Positions 11,957 through 22,569 of a stretch of DNA of 44,625 bases are shown here, piece by piece. The notes beneath the pieces were generated by a model. The model saw only the letters and a list, made by a program, of their open reading frames with translations, searched no databases and was not told the DNA's origin. The DNA is taken from the NCBI RefSeq assembly GCF_001194135.2, contig NC_068990.1, positions 69,916,312-69,960,936 of the forward strand. The letters are read 5' to 3'. The number at the start of each line of letters is the position of its first letter. The first letter of the stretch is position 1. The stretch is from Octopus bimaculoides. Lineage: Eukaryota. Made by a program: the position numbers and the translations under genes.

Positions 11957-12155
11957 ATTATTATTATTATTATTATTCAGTAGTTTTATTTTTATAACGT
12001 GCTTTCACTTCACTACCGAGCGCAGCTCTGTGTGCCTTGGGTATGTGCTGTGGTTTGCTGTGGTGCTCTTATGTTTACTGTATTGAAAGTGTTTTGCGTA
12101 GAATGTGTGCAGTACCCAGTAGTGCAATTTTCTGTATGTTATATATATTTGTAAG
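11957..12155 (-). mobile_element. R4/Dong-like non-LTR retrotransposon 3' end with (AAT)n tail; 5' part runs into the gap
   Basis: Minus frame LTNIYNIQKIALLGTAHILRKTLSIQ* (12155-12075) resembles the C-terminus of restriction-like-endonuclease LINEs of the R4 clade. It is followed by a ~97-nt 3'UTR and (AAT)n at 11957-11977. Confidence 0.75.
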
Positions 12156-12486
12156 NNNNNNNNNNNNNNNNNNNNNNNNNNNNNNNNNNNNNNNNNNNNN
12201 NNNNNNNNNNNNNNNNNNNNNNNNNNNNNNNNNNNNNNNNNNNNNNNNNNNNNNNNNNNNNNNNNNNNNNNNNNNNNNNNNNNNNNNNNNNNNNNNNNNN
12301 NNNNNNNNNNNNNNNNNNNNNNNNNNNNNNNNNNNNNNNNNNNNNNNNNNNNNNNNNNNNNNNNNNNNNNNNNNNNNNNNNNNNNNNNNNNNNNNNNNNN
12401 NNNNNNNNNNNNNNNNNNNNNNNNNNNNNNNNNNNNNNNNNNNNNNNNNNNNNNNNNNNNNNNNNNNNNNNNNNNNNNNNNNNNNN

Positions 12487-12547
<61 letters not shown>

Positions 12548-12553
12548 CATTGC

Positions 12554-12596
<43 letters not shown>
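12487..12596. repeat. (TAT)n array, probably the tail or target of the adjacent element
   Basis: Direct reading. Confidence 0.95.
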
Positions 12597-12859
12597 GAGT
12601 GAGAGAGCAGTGCATGCCATCAAAGTGACACTAAGGTAAAATATACGAAGCCCAGTATACCCATCATGACTACCCGTCTGATAAGGGTACGCCAGGCACG
12701 TGCATCACAATCATATGTGCGCGACATGGTGATCTCACATCAAGATAAACAGCGCATGACCTCGCAGGTGGGGCCCAGTTAGAATTTTCTTCAGGTCGAG
12801 TAACCCATCCCGCTCAAACGGTCCCTGAATAAGGTTTGTTTAAGGATGTTGCGCAAAAC

Positions 12860-12861
<2 letters not shown>
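12597..12861 (-). mobile_element. Second, different R4/Dong-like 5'-truncated 3' end embedded in (AAT)n
   Basis: Complex 265-bp sequence flanked on both sides by (TAT)n. Minus strand begins TVLRNILKQTL, which weakly resembles the GTAHILRKxL terminus. Confidence 0.5.
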
Positions 12862-12933
<72 letters not shown>

Positions 12934-13084
12934 NNNNNNNNNNNNNNNNNNNNNNNNNNNNNNNNNNNNNNNNNNNNNNNNNNNNNNNNNNNNNNNNNNN
13001 NNNNNNNNNNNNNNNNNNNNNNNNNNNNNNNNNNNNNNNNNNNNNNNNNNNTTCAGGCATTATGTTTTGGATTAAAATTCTACC

Positions 13085-13206
13085 GAGATTGATCTTACCT
13101 TCTATCCTTTCAGGGCCGATAAAATAAGTACCAACTGAACACTGGGATCGATGAAATTGTCTATTTCCTTCCCCTAAATTTCAGGACTGTGCCTATAGTA
13201 GAAAGA

Positions 13207-13207
<1 letters not shown>
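13085..13207 (+). mobile_element. SINE family A, partial (T3)
   Basis: TCCTTTCAGGGCCGATAAAATAAGTACCAACTGAACACTGGG...TTTCAGGACTGTGCCTATAGTAGAAAGA. Confidence 0.75.
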
Positions 13208-13262
<55 letters not shown>

Positions 13263-13303
13263 CATCATCATCATCATCACCATCATCATCATTATTATTA
13301 TAA

Positions 13304-13510
13304 AGGCAGCAATCTGGCAGAATCGTTAGCACGCTGGATAAGATGCTGAGCGGTATTTCGCCCGTCGCTACGTTCTGAGTTCAAATTCCGCCGAGGTCGA
13401 TTTTGCTCCTCATCATTTCGGGGTCGATAGAATATGTAATAACCGAACACTGGGGGTCACTGTAATCGACTTCCCCAAAATTAATGGCCTTGTATCAAAA
13501 TGTGAAACCC
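13304..13510 (+). mobile_element. SINE family A, full length (T2)
   Basis: Head GGCAGCAATCTGGCAGAATCGTTAGCACG, B-box GAGTTCAAATTCC, core and T2 tail. Confidence 0.88.
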
Positions 13511-13526
13511 TTATTATTATCTGTTA

Positions 13527-13672
13527 GCGGCGAATTTACAGAATCGCTAGCGTATTGCAAACAAAAAAATGCTTAGCAGCATTTCTTCCGGCTCCTTACG
13601 TTCTGAGTTTAAATGCTGTCGTGGTCAACTCCGCCTGTCATCCTATCGAGATCGATAAAATAATTACCACTG
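13527..13672 (+). mobile_element. SINE family A, diverged, 3'-truncated
   Basis: GCGGCGAATTTACAGAATCGCTAGCG...GTTCTGAGTTTAAATG...GTCGATAAAATAATTACC-like core. Confidence 0.75.
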
Positions 13673-14083
13673 GAGTCCTTTAGGCTTCTGCATGGATGCA
13701 AGGCAAAATGTCTGATTCATAAGGTTTAGACCTTATGAATTTTTTTAACGGAATAGCTTACGACATTCATGAAGAACTCTTCGTAGACCACAAAATATAA
13801 TGGTAACTTTTGATTGCACTATGCAGTATTTTATTAGGTCATTCCCATCCATCATGTCTGAAATTTAATATCTGTATGTTGGATAGCTTTGTTATTTTAA
13901 AATACTTTACAGCACCAGTACATATAACCGTGACCTCGTTGTAAAATAGTATTTTACATCGTAGCAGCGTGAATTAGATAATTCAGTTACTGCTATGGTC
14001 TCCTTAAAGATAGACGTTTCCACAAAGCATTTAAGTCATACAATGTTCTATGAGTTCAGAGTTCCCCAGGCGGCAGAAGAAAC

Positions 14084-14171
14084 CATGGTGCTTCAGGGGA
14101 AATATTCATGGTGCTTAAGAGAAATATCCAAGGTGCTTCTGGGAAATATTCGTGGTACTTAAGGGAAATAT
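14084..14171. repeat. 22-23-bp minisatellite, 4 units
   Basis: CATGGTGCTTCAGGGGAAATATT / CATGGTGCTTAAGAGAAATATC / CAAGGTGCTTCTGGGAAATATT / CGTGGTACTTAAGGGAAATAT. Confidence 0.85.
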
Positions 14172-14189
14172 AGTTGAAACAAAAGAACC

Positions 14190-14790
14190 GATGGAAAATG
14201 GATTGAAAGTTTTGAGAAGGGTAATTTCAGTTTAAAATCGATCACCCTGTTCAGCTTAATGATGGAAATAGTACTCTTATTCTTGAAGAGTTAATCCAAA
14301 AGCTAGATTCAACCTATTGAACAGCTCGCCGGCATCTGCAACGGTGCCTAAATTTGGAAAATTATTGGACAGAAAACAACGGTGCAGTACAAATAAACAT
14401 CTGCACTCCTCTACACTCCCGGGAACGCATATCGCCCTTTTCGGACAGGATAGTTACTGGTGATGAGAAGTGAGTCTTGCATGAGAATGCTAAGCGATAC
14501 AAACAATGGTTGAGTGAAGGAGGACCGGCTGAGCTACAGCCCCAAAATGACCTCCATCCATGAAAATCTTAGGTTAGTGTTTGGTGGAATCATGTTGGTA
14601 TGATCCCATTTTGAATTGCTACCAGTTAATGAAACAATTACACTGGACATTTCCTGTCAGTAATTAGAATGTTTAAACACTATTTTGAAGGAAAAGGGGC
14701 CTACTTTAATAATTTTCGAAGGAGTGATGTGCCATCATGATAATGCCTGGCCCATACAGCAAAAATCATGTTTGAAAAAAATTGATAACT
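14190..14790 (+). pseudogene. Mariner (DD34D-type) transposase relic
   Basis: Translations WIESFEKGNFSL, FSDRIVTGDEK*VLHENAKRYKQWL, LHP*KS*VSVWWN, FELLPVNETIT and HHDNA match mariner motifs (TGDEKW, HPKK..SVWW, HDNARPH); several stops and frameshifts. Confidence 0.88.
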
Positions 14791-14793
14791 TCA

Positions 14794-15325
14794 ATCCAGT
14801 GAAGCTTCACTAAGAAAATCGTTTCATTGCAACAGCTCAGCTACTGGAAAGGCTGAAACAGCTAAGACTCTATTCTCTGGAGTGAAGGCGGGAGAGATAT
14901 GCAGTAATATACATCTTGAAGATCCTGGAAGGGATTGTGCCAAATTTTGGCATTGAAAGCTACACAGATGCCAGAATGGGTTGCCACTGCATAGTGTCAA
15001 AGCTCTCAACAATGCCGTCGAGCTTCAGGACCAGTTACTGCAACACCCTGGGTTTCAAGGGCCCACAGTTTTTTATTACTCTCCCAAAGGGCCTGAGGGA
15101 CATACACAAAGTGGATGTAGGTGTTTTCAAAACAAAACTAGATCTCTTCCTGTCGAGAGTCCCAGATGAACGCACCTCGTGACAGGAGGCGCAAATGCGG
15201 GCAGCAACATCAAACTCCCATATTCACCAAATGCCACATATCAGAGGATGCTCTCAATGATAACAGTGTAGCAAAACGACGGTGCCCCAGCATGGCCACA
15301 GCTTTGAGCTGAAACTGATAAAAAT
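14794..15325 (+). mobile_element. CR1-like LINE, 5'-truncated 3' end
   Basis: IQ*SFTKKIVSLQQLSYW/ERLKQLRLYSLE*RRERYAVIYILKILEGIVPNFG...FKGPQFF..LPKGLRDIH..VGVFKTKLDLFLSRVPDE is typical of a CR1/L2-group ORF2 C-terminus; ends in a SINE-like tail and A-rich end. Confidence 0.88.
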
Positions 15326-15486
15326 ATCTTTTTTCTTACCCAATATTTGGGCTTTATTTAAGAGATGACCTGATAAATTAAGAAATTAATTTGGTATTTC
15401 ATAAGATACATGTAAATATTCTTTTTAATTGATTATATTTTAAGTTGCCTCATACCCAATATTTAGGCCTTCAACCTATTAATATT

Positions 15487-15692
15487 GATTTCAAATTTTG
15501 GCACAAGGCCAGCAATTTCGAGTACGCGGTAAGTCGATTGCATTGATCCTAGTACTCAAGTGGCACTTAATTTATCGACCCCGAATAAAGGCAAAGTTGA
15601 CCAAGGCGGATGTGAATTCAGAACCTGAAGACGGACGAAATGCTGCTAAGCATTTCGTCCGGTCTACTAACGATTCCGCCAGCTCACTACCT
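15487..15692 (-). mobile_element. SINE family A, full length (T2)
   Basis: Reverse complement has head GTGAGCTGGCGGAATCGTTAG, core and CTGGCCTTGTGCCAAAATTTGAAA tail. Confidence 0.85.
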
Positions 15693-15764
15693 TCATCATA
15701 CTAATATTGAGAGTTCAGTTGTTTTCATGCCTATGATGAGGAATCGAACTAACGTGTTTTGCTA

Positions 15765-15925
15765 GGCGGAATGCTTGATTAAATCTACTCCAGTTCTCAA
15801 ATGATACTTATTTTCTCGACCCACGAAGGATGAAAGGAAAAGTTGACCTTGGCAGAATTTGAATTTTGAAGGTAAAGTGCAGGAAGAAATATCGCTAAGC
15901 AATTTGTCCGACGCGCTAACACGCC
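15765..15925 (-). mobile_element. SINE family A, diverged
   Basis: Reverse complement contains TTCAAATTCTGCCAAGGTCAACTTTTCCTTTCATCCTTCGTGGGTCGAG. Confidence 0.78.
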
Positions 15926-16260
15926 ACCTGAATCGAACCAACGTATATTATTTGAGATAAATTTATCCTAAACTTCAATTCCTTCAATTTCCATTTTAAC
16001 TTTTATTTTTTTCATATTTTTGTTGTTCTTTCCTCGCGTTACTTTGGGGGTTTATTGTTTTTGTTTTCTTATTTACCTGGTTCGTCAGGGTTCGTTTGCA
16101 GCCAATCTTTAAAAGTGCATACGATTATATTCGTCATTATTTATAGACTCCATCTCTAATTTTATTTCAAATTTCATATTGTTCTATTTTTTGTCTATAG
16201 AAATGGAGTAGAGTACTGCCATAATATTCTTTACTGATAGGGGAGTATCGTTCTTCAAAC

Positions 16261-16294
<34 letters not shown>

Positions 16295-16403
16295 TTTGTT
16301 GCGGATATATATATAGCATATATATAGCATATATATCTCTCTCTGTGCGTATGCATGTGTAGATACAGCTATATGTATATACATATACATAATAGGATTT
16401 AAG

Positions 16404-16438
<35 letters not shown>

Positions 16439-17384
16439 ATTTGAATTATATATGTGTGTGTGTGTATTATAAGATTTGAATTATTTATGTTTGAGTGTGT
16501 GTATATATATGATTGATGTATGTATATGTATATATATATATATACAGGCATATGTGTATGTCTACATGCATGAATATGTATATAGACATGTGTGTGCATG
16601 TGTGTGTGTTTGTGAGTATGCGTGTATACCTGTTTGAGTGTATGTATATATGAGGTGGGGTATATGTTAATATATCAATATGAAAACCAAGACGTAACAA
16701 TGGACGCGTTCCGGTACGTGACAGAAAATAAGCTGCCTCTTCGCCATTGTTGTTGATTGTTGTATGCAAGCGAAAAATAAGGGAAGACCTTGAACGGCGT
16801 ATGGCTTTGAAAAAGAATATAATTCTGAGTAATTGTTAAAAATTTGTTTCAGTTTCTTTTATTCGGTGTTTTGGGAATGTTTTTTACTTCTTCTTTTTTT
16901 TATTTCTAAGGAGGGAGGGCTTCAGAATGATAAGTTTCGTACAATAACAATATTGAAGATAATAACATAAAAACATCACCAACAATACATGTATCACTAA
17001 ATGAATTAATAATAGTAATAATAATAAGATTTTAGAGTGCTTTGTTCAATACAATATATTTTCTATAGATTCTTAATGTTTTTTTAATGTTTATTTTTTT
17101 ATTTTTCAATGCAGATAAGTAATGTAATTTAAGATAATGAAATAAAGCTGTGTTTAGATTTTGTAGGCATAAATGTTAACAGATTGTATAAATAGCAAGA
17201 CTGCGATTGAAGTATAAAACTCTTAATAGTTTAATTCGTTACATAAAAGGAGGTTCTAATTATGTCGGCAGAAGGAAGGGGGTTACTGAAACGAGTATCA
17301 TATTAAAATCTGTTTCTACATAAAACAAATGCAACAAAAATACAACAAAGTACAAATCCAGATATGTACATATATAGCTTGTAT

Positions 17385-17520
17385 GGAAAGCATTATCATG
17401 GAAGGATGAGGAGAGGATAGTAGATCAAGAGGCAGGCAAAGAACGCAATGGATGGACAATATCATGAGCAAGTTGGACAAGAGTGTCAAGGCAACTGAAG
17501 AACTTGCGCTTAAAACAGTG
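17385..17520 (+). mobile_element. RTE-like LINE 3' fragment
   Basis: SIIMEG*GEDSRSRGRQRTQWMDNI resembles the RTE terminal EG.R.RGRQR..W.D.I motif. Confidence 0.6.
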
Positions 17521-17684
17521 AGATGTAATTAGAAGATTTGGTTGTTATTTCTACCAGATCAATTGTTTAGAGGCACTCTCATTCAAGGTAAGCACGTTGT
17601 GCATATGAAGGAAATTCAGTATTGAAAATAGATTTGTATTTGGTTTGCATATTTGGTTTGATTCAATACTGCCCACCACGCAAT

Positions 17685-17926
17685 GCGGTGAGCTGGCAGA
17701 ATCGTCAGCACGCCGGGCGAAATGCTTAAGCGGTATTTCGTCTGCCGTTACGTTCCGAGTTCAAATTCTGCCAAGGTCGACTTTGCCTTTCATCCTTTCG
17801 GGGTCGATAAATTAAGTACCAGTTACGCACTGGGGTCGATGTAATTGACCAGTAATCGACTTAATCCCTTTGTTTGTCCTTGTTTGTCCCCTCTATGTTT
17901 AGCCCCCTGTGGGCAATAAATAAATG
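17685..17926 (+). mobile_element. SINE family A, full length (T1), with ~20-bp TSD
   Basis: Nearly identical to 6775-7017; flanks AATACTGCCCACCACGCAAT (17665-17684) and AATATTGCCCACTACGCATT (17927-17946). Confidence 0.93.
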
Positions 17927-20189
17927 AATATTGCCCACTACGCATTTACAAAGTGGTGGGATGAACTTTTCATCTGATAAGAATAATGGATAAATATCAG
18001 TGTATTTAAGTTGATGCTTAGTTCTGAATTCAATCACAATAAGAGGATTACAAATGGATTCTTCAAAAAGGAGGATAATGGTCTATCGTGGTAATATTCA
18101 CCCGAAGATCCACTACTCATTCCACAAATTCAGATAAAAGTAAAGATCTCGATTTGTCCCAAGGCACAACAAAATGCTTGACCTTTTGAATCACTCTTGA
18201 AGTATTGGTGTTTTTTCTTCGTTTGAAATTGATGCAGATAGTGTTAATTTTCATTTTGGTAACATATTTGTAACCTAGAGAAAGAGAAAGAATTAAAGTC
18301 ATTTCACTCGTATAGATATTATATGTATCGAAAACATTTAATAAATATTTTCCTGACTTAAGCTCTCATATTAAAGGCGTCTTATATCTCTATGTTAGGC
18401 TATTGAGCAGATTATTAAAGACCAAATTATGTACCGACTTTTCAATGGTTATAACTTCCAGTGATGTTCTTTATCTATATTATCTTGAGTTTATTTCACA
18501 ACAATTGGTGATTCCTGTCTTCCTCTCGGCCATTATTGATTTTCCTGCCTCCTACGGATTACAACTCCACAGTGTTCTGACTTGTCATATGCGACTGGAC
18601 TCTATGTTCTCTGCCACAGTTACCAGGGTTACAATATACACGATCCTCTGATGGGGGCTTTGTTCGGGAGACATGCTCCCGAAGTGTAGACCCACTTTAG
18701 AATATTGTCTTTGTGTCTTATGAACTGCAGATCTTCAGGAAAATATTTTGGTGACATACTTGTAATGTAAGATAGAGAGATGATGCCAGTTCTTTTTACT
18801 AACATTCTTGACCATTAAATCTCTATTCTTTGAAGCTGATACTATGTTTGCAGAGTAACTAACCTAAAGGTTTCATCTTTCATTGGTACGCATCTGGGTT
18901 GCATAGAGATTAGCACCATAAGACAGGCTTCAATCAATTAAGGACTAACATAAAGCGAAAAAAGCCGATGTAAAAATTGCTAATTTTCATCAACATATTG
19001 TCTACGGGACGACATACTGAATATAAGTGTTGAGTAAATATTGACAAATGCAGTTTATTCACTAACTACAAGTTCATTTCCAGGGTCAAGGAGTACATTC
19101 GTTCAAGTGGAAGGACCAACTGGCATCAAATGTTTGAGGATGAGTAACGTAAGATTACCCCTCATATGGACAACAGAGTCAGAACTATCCCCTTCATGGA
19201 TTGAATAAAGAGCTCGGTTCAAAATTCCGAGAATGTTACCGAACACGACAGGTAACTAAAGAAGGCCAGAGGGTATTACAGTTGGAACGTTGTGACTATA
19301 AAAACGTAGATGACGGCGCTAATCCAGATATCGTCTCCGAAAAGATAAAAAGCGAAGTTGAGGAATTCGAGCACAGGACGTAATGTGCCCAAAGAAATGT
19401 CGGTAAGTATTTCACCCAACGCTCTAACAGTTCTGCCACCTCATCGACTTCGTATTATTTAGTCTTTAATAATAACAATTCCTCATCAAAGGAATTCAGA
19501 CGTAAAGTATTCGATTGTTATAAAACTATACGGAAGGCATTGCTCTGGCAGAATCGTTAGCGCAGCGGGCAGAATTCTTAGTCTTAGCTCTTTACATTCT
19601 GAGTTCAAATTTTGCCATGATAGATAAAACAGGTATCAGTAGAGTACCGGGATCGATTTAAACTAGCCACCCCATCTTTACCAAAATCTGAATCCGTAAA
19701 TATATCACTGTATTATATTTTGTTTAATTATATAATATACTTAAGTATCAGATTTTGTCAAATGATAGAGATGCAACATCTGTAGGCAATAACTTTGATA
19801 GGTTTTGGCCTGTATAGGCCCAGGCAATGTCTAACTTAATAGCACCACCTTGTAGATAATGTGTCCAATGAAATGCTGTATGATATCTCTAGCTATTCTA
19901 ATCTGAATCTGAAAAGCGGTATCTAATATGATCAGGCATTCTATCATCTCTGATAACATGTACTATCGCTACGTATCATATCTTGTCTAATATGCAATTA
20001 CCCTAGTTACTGTATCTTGTCCAATGATATGTAATATCCCTATGTATTCTTTCTTGTCAAGTGATATTTAGTATCTCTGTCAAACTGTAATATTTGTAAT
20101 CCTTCTATCCAGCAAATAATACGTAATATCTTAGGATATACTATCCTGTAAAGTGATATATAAAATATTTATGTATTATATCTTTGGGG

Positions 20190-20780
20190 GATTGGTAGAA
20201 TTGTTAGCGCGTCGGCATTCCCTCTGACTGCTTAAATTCTGAGTTCAATTTTGCTTTCCCTCCTTCCGAGGTTGATAAAATAAAGTACAAATTGCCTACA
20301 AGGGTCGTTGTAATTGACTAACACCTACCTCCAAAATTGATGATCTTGGGCTTAAATTAGAAAGAATTATATCCCGTCAACTAATATGCAATATTAGTTT
20401 ATATATATTAAGGTGGCGAGCTTGCAGAATCGTTAGCGCGCAGATAAAATGCTAAGCGGCATCTCTTCCGACTTAACGTTCTGAGTTCAAATGTCGCCGA
20501 GGTCAACTTTGTCTTTCATCATTTTGGATTGATAAGGTAATTACCAGTTGGGGTCGATGTAATCGACTTACCTCCTCCTCCGAAATTACTGACCAAAATT
20601 TGAAACTAATAGCGGCGTTTTGTCCGTTTTTAAGTTCTGAGTTTAAATTCCGCCGTGGTTGACTTGGAATTTTATCCTTTCGGGGTCGATAAAATAAGCA
20701 CGAGTTAAGCACTTGGGTCTATGTAAACGATTTACTTCCACCCCGAAATTGCTGGCCTTGTACCAAAATTTGAAACCAAT
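20190..20780 (+). mobile_element. Cluster of three tandem SINE family A copies (~20190-20370, 20412-20600, 20611-20780)
   Basis: Three successive GAGTT(C/T)AA...GTCGAT/GTTGATAA cores in the same orientation. Confidence 0.8.
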
Positions 20781-21368
20781 ATTAGTTTAGGCATATATGT
20801 GTGTGTACGCACTTGTACGCGTGTGCGCGCGCAAGTTATATTTCTTTTAAAGAAGAATATAAAAGAATAAGAGTAAAACGTTCGAATAACAGTCTTCATG
20901 TCTTACTCTCTCAATAAAGCTCTCTACATTTAGGTGATGCGTTCAAATCCAATCAAGGCCGACTCTCATTTTCCTTTGTACGGGACCGATACAATATGCT
21001 AAAAATCCTTCCCTACAAATTGGTGACCTTCTATTAACACAAAAAAATCATTAGTATTGTTACGTCACAAAGAAACTAGGCTTTTAGATTCTTTTATATT
21101 ACAATCCATCCAAAAAAAACTGTGTTAATTCTTTCCAGAGATCTACTGTTGTTCTTTTATATTATTTTTATTTAGCTTTCAACGTTTGGTTTTTTTTTTA
21201 GTTTTTCGTGGTGTTTAAAAAGGACACACCGAGTGAAAAGTGCTAAGTGTTTCAATCAACCTACGGGTGAGTGGGTAAAATGAAGTAGTTAACACTGTAA
21301 TTCAATGCAGACGCCCGTATTCATTTTGTGGCTTCATTTGACCACTACACATTATATATAGTTGCGTT

Positions 21369-21562
21369 GGGCGGCGAGCTGGCAGAATCGTTAACACGTC
21401 GGGCAAAATGCCTAGCGTCATTTCGTCCATATTTACGTCTTCGCCTTCTAAGTTCAAATGCCGCCGAGGTAGACTTTGCCTGGATCGATAAAATTAGTTT
21501 CAGTTGAGCATTGGGGTTGATCTAATCGACTTAGAGCCTTCCCCGAAATTTCTGACCTTGTA
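21369..21562 (+). mobile_element. SINE family A
   Basis: GGCGGCGAGCTGGCAGAATCGTTAACACG head, AGTTCAAATGCCGCCGAGGTAGACTTTGCC core. Confidence 0.85.
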
Positions 21563-21668
21563 ATGGAGAATGAATAGTACCAAACAATTTCTACTTCCTC
21601 TTTTGTTATATAACTAGTAATATATATATTGAGTTTTACGTCAAGTTATTAGTTTCGCAATGCCTAAG

Positions 21669-21701
<33 letters not shown>

Positions 21702-21771
21702 AATACAAAGAGAGAGGGAGAAAGAGAGATGTATGTATGTTTGTATGTATGTTTGTATGTATGTATATAGG

Positions 21772-21855
21772 GAGTCGGTACAGCATTTCATTTATCTTGG
21801 ATGTACCATTTCATCAGATGCGAATATCGACAAAGAAATTGACAACAGACTCTTA
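21772..21855 (+). mobile_element. Short internal RTE-like LINE RT fragment
   Basis: ESVQHFIYLGCTISSDANIDKEIDNRL matches the RTE F.YLGS.IS..A.ID.EID.RL motif. Confidence 0.75.
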
Positions 21856-22274
21856 ATTTACAAAGACTTCTGCGTTTGTTTACAATTATATATGTGTATG
21901 TGTTTGTGTGCGTGTGTGGTGTGTGTGTATGTTTGTGTACTTCATTCGAGGGTTAACAAGGCATATAACAAGTAATTATTTGCCCTTTCTTGAGCAGTAG
22001 TAATTCATTAATGGAAAAGCAATTCTACTGACTTCATAGCGTAGAGGAATTGCATCTGGGGCTCTCATGTGTTTCCAAGAGCATTATCAAAGTGAAACAG
22101 CTGCATCCTGGAATCAACTGTGCATCTCAGACATACTTCACCGATAGTTTGACCCCGTATGTTACAGCGCTTCTATCTGTGAATAGGTGGTGATTGTGGT
22201 GTTTTATTTTTTTGTGTTTCTGTTCGACTAGTTATAAAATCAGCAATAAATATAAATGTTAGAGAAACTTTTCA

Positions 22275-22324
22275 GTGGTAAGTAGCTTGCATACGAACCA
22301 CATAGTTCCGGGTTCAGTCCCACT
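22275..22324 (+). mobile_element. SINE family B head, running into gap
   Basis: GTGGTAAGTAGCTTGCATACGAACCACATAGTTCCGGGTTCAGTCCCACT (tRNA-like head). Confidence 0.8.
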
Positions 22325-22493
22325 NNNNNNNNNNNNNNNNNNNNNNNNNNNNNNNNNNNNNNNNNNNNNNNNNNNNNNNNNNNNNNNNNNNNNNNNNNNN
22401 NNNNNNNNNNNNNNNNNNNNNNNNAGGAAGGGAAAAAGGGGGGAGTTCGATCAAAAGGGATCGAGAAAAAAAAATGCGATCAATAGGGATAGT

Positions 22494-22527
<34 letters not shown>

Positions 22528-22569
22528 TCAGTTATAATAAACAGAATTTGTCATTACAAGAAGAGGGGT

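Noticed and set aside
13715-13740. 11-bp hairpin ATTCATAAGGT-TTAG-ACCTTATGAAT followed by a T-run, resembling an intrinsic terminator
   Set aside because: Eukaryotic AT-rich context; a bacterial terminator interpretation is meaningless here, and chance occurrence is plausible.
18480-18950. Complex region suspected to be a decayed LINE or exon
   Set aside because: Manual translations gave no convincing motif.
19084-19148. Candidate 65-bp exon (TTTCCAG|...AAC|GTAAGA) encoding SRSTFVQVEGPTGIKCLRMSN
   Set aside because: Plausible splice sites but no homology and no partner exons; needs RNA-seq.
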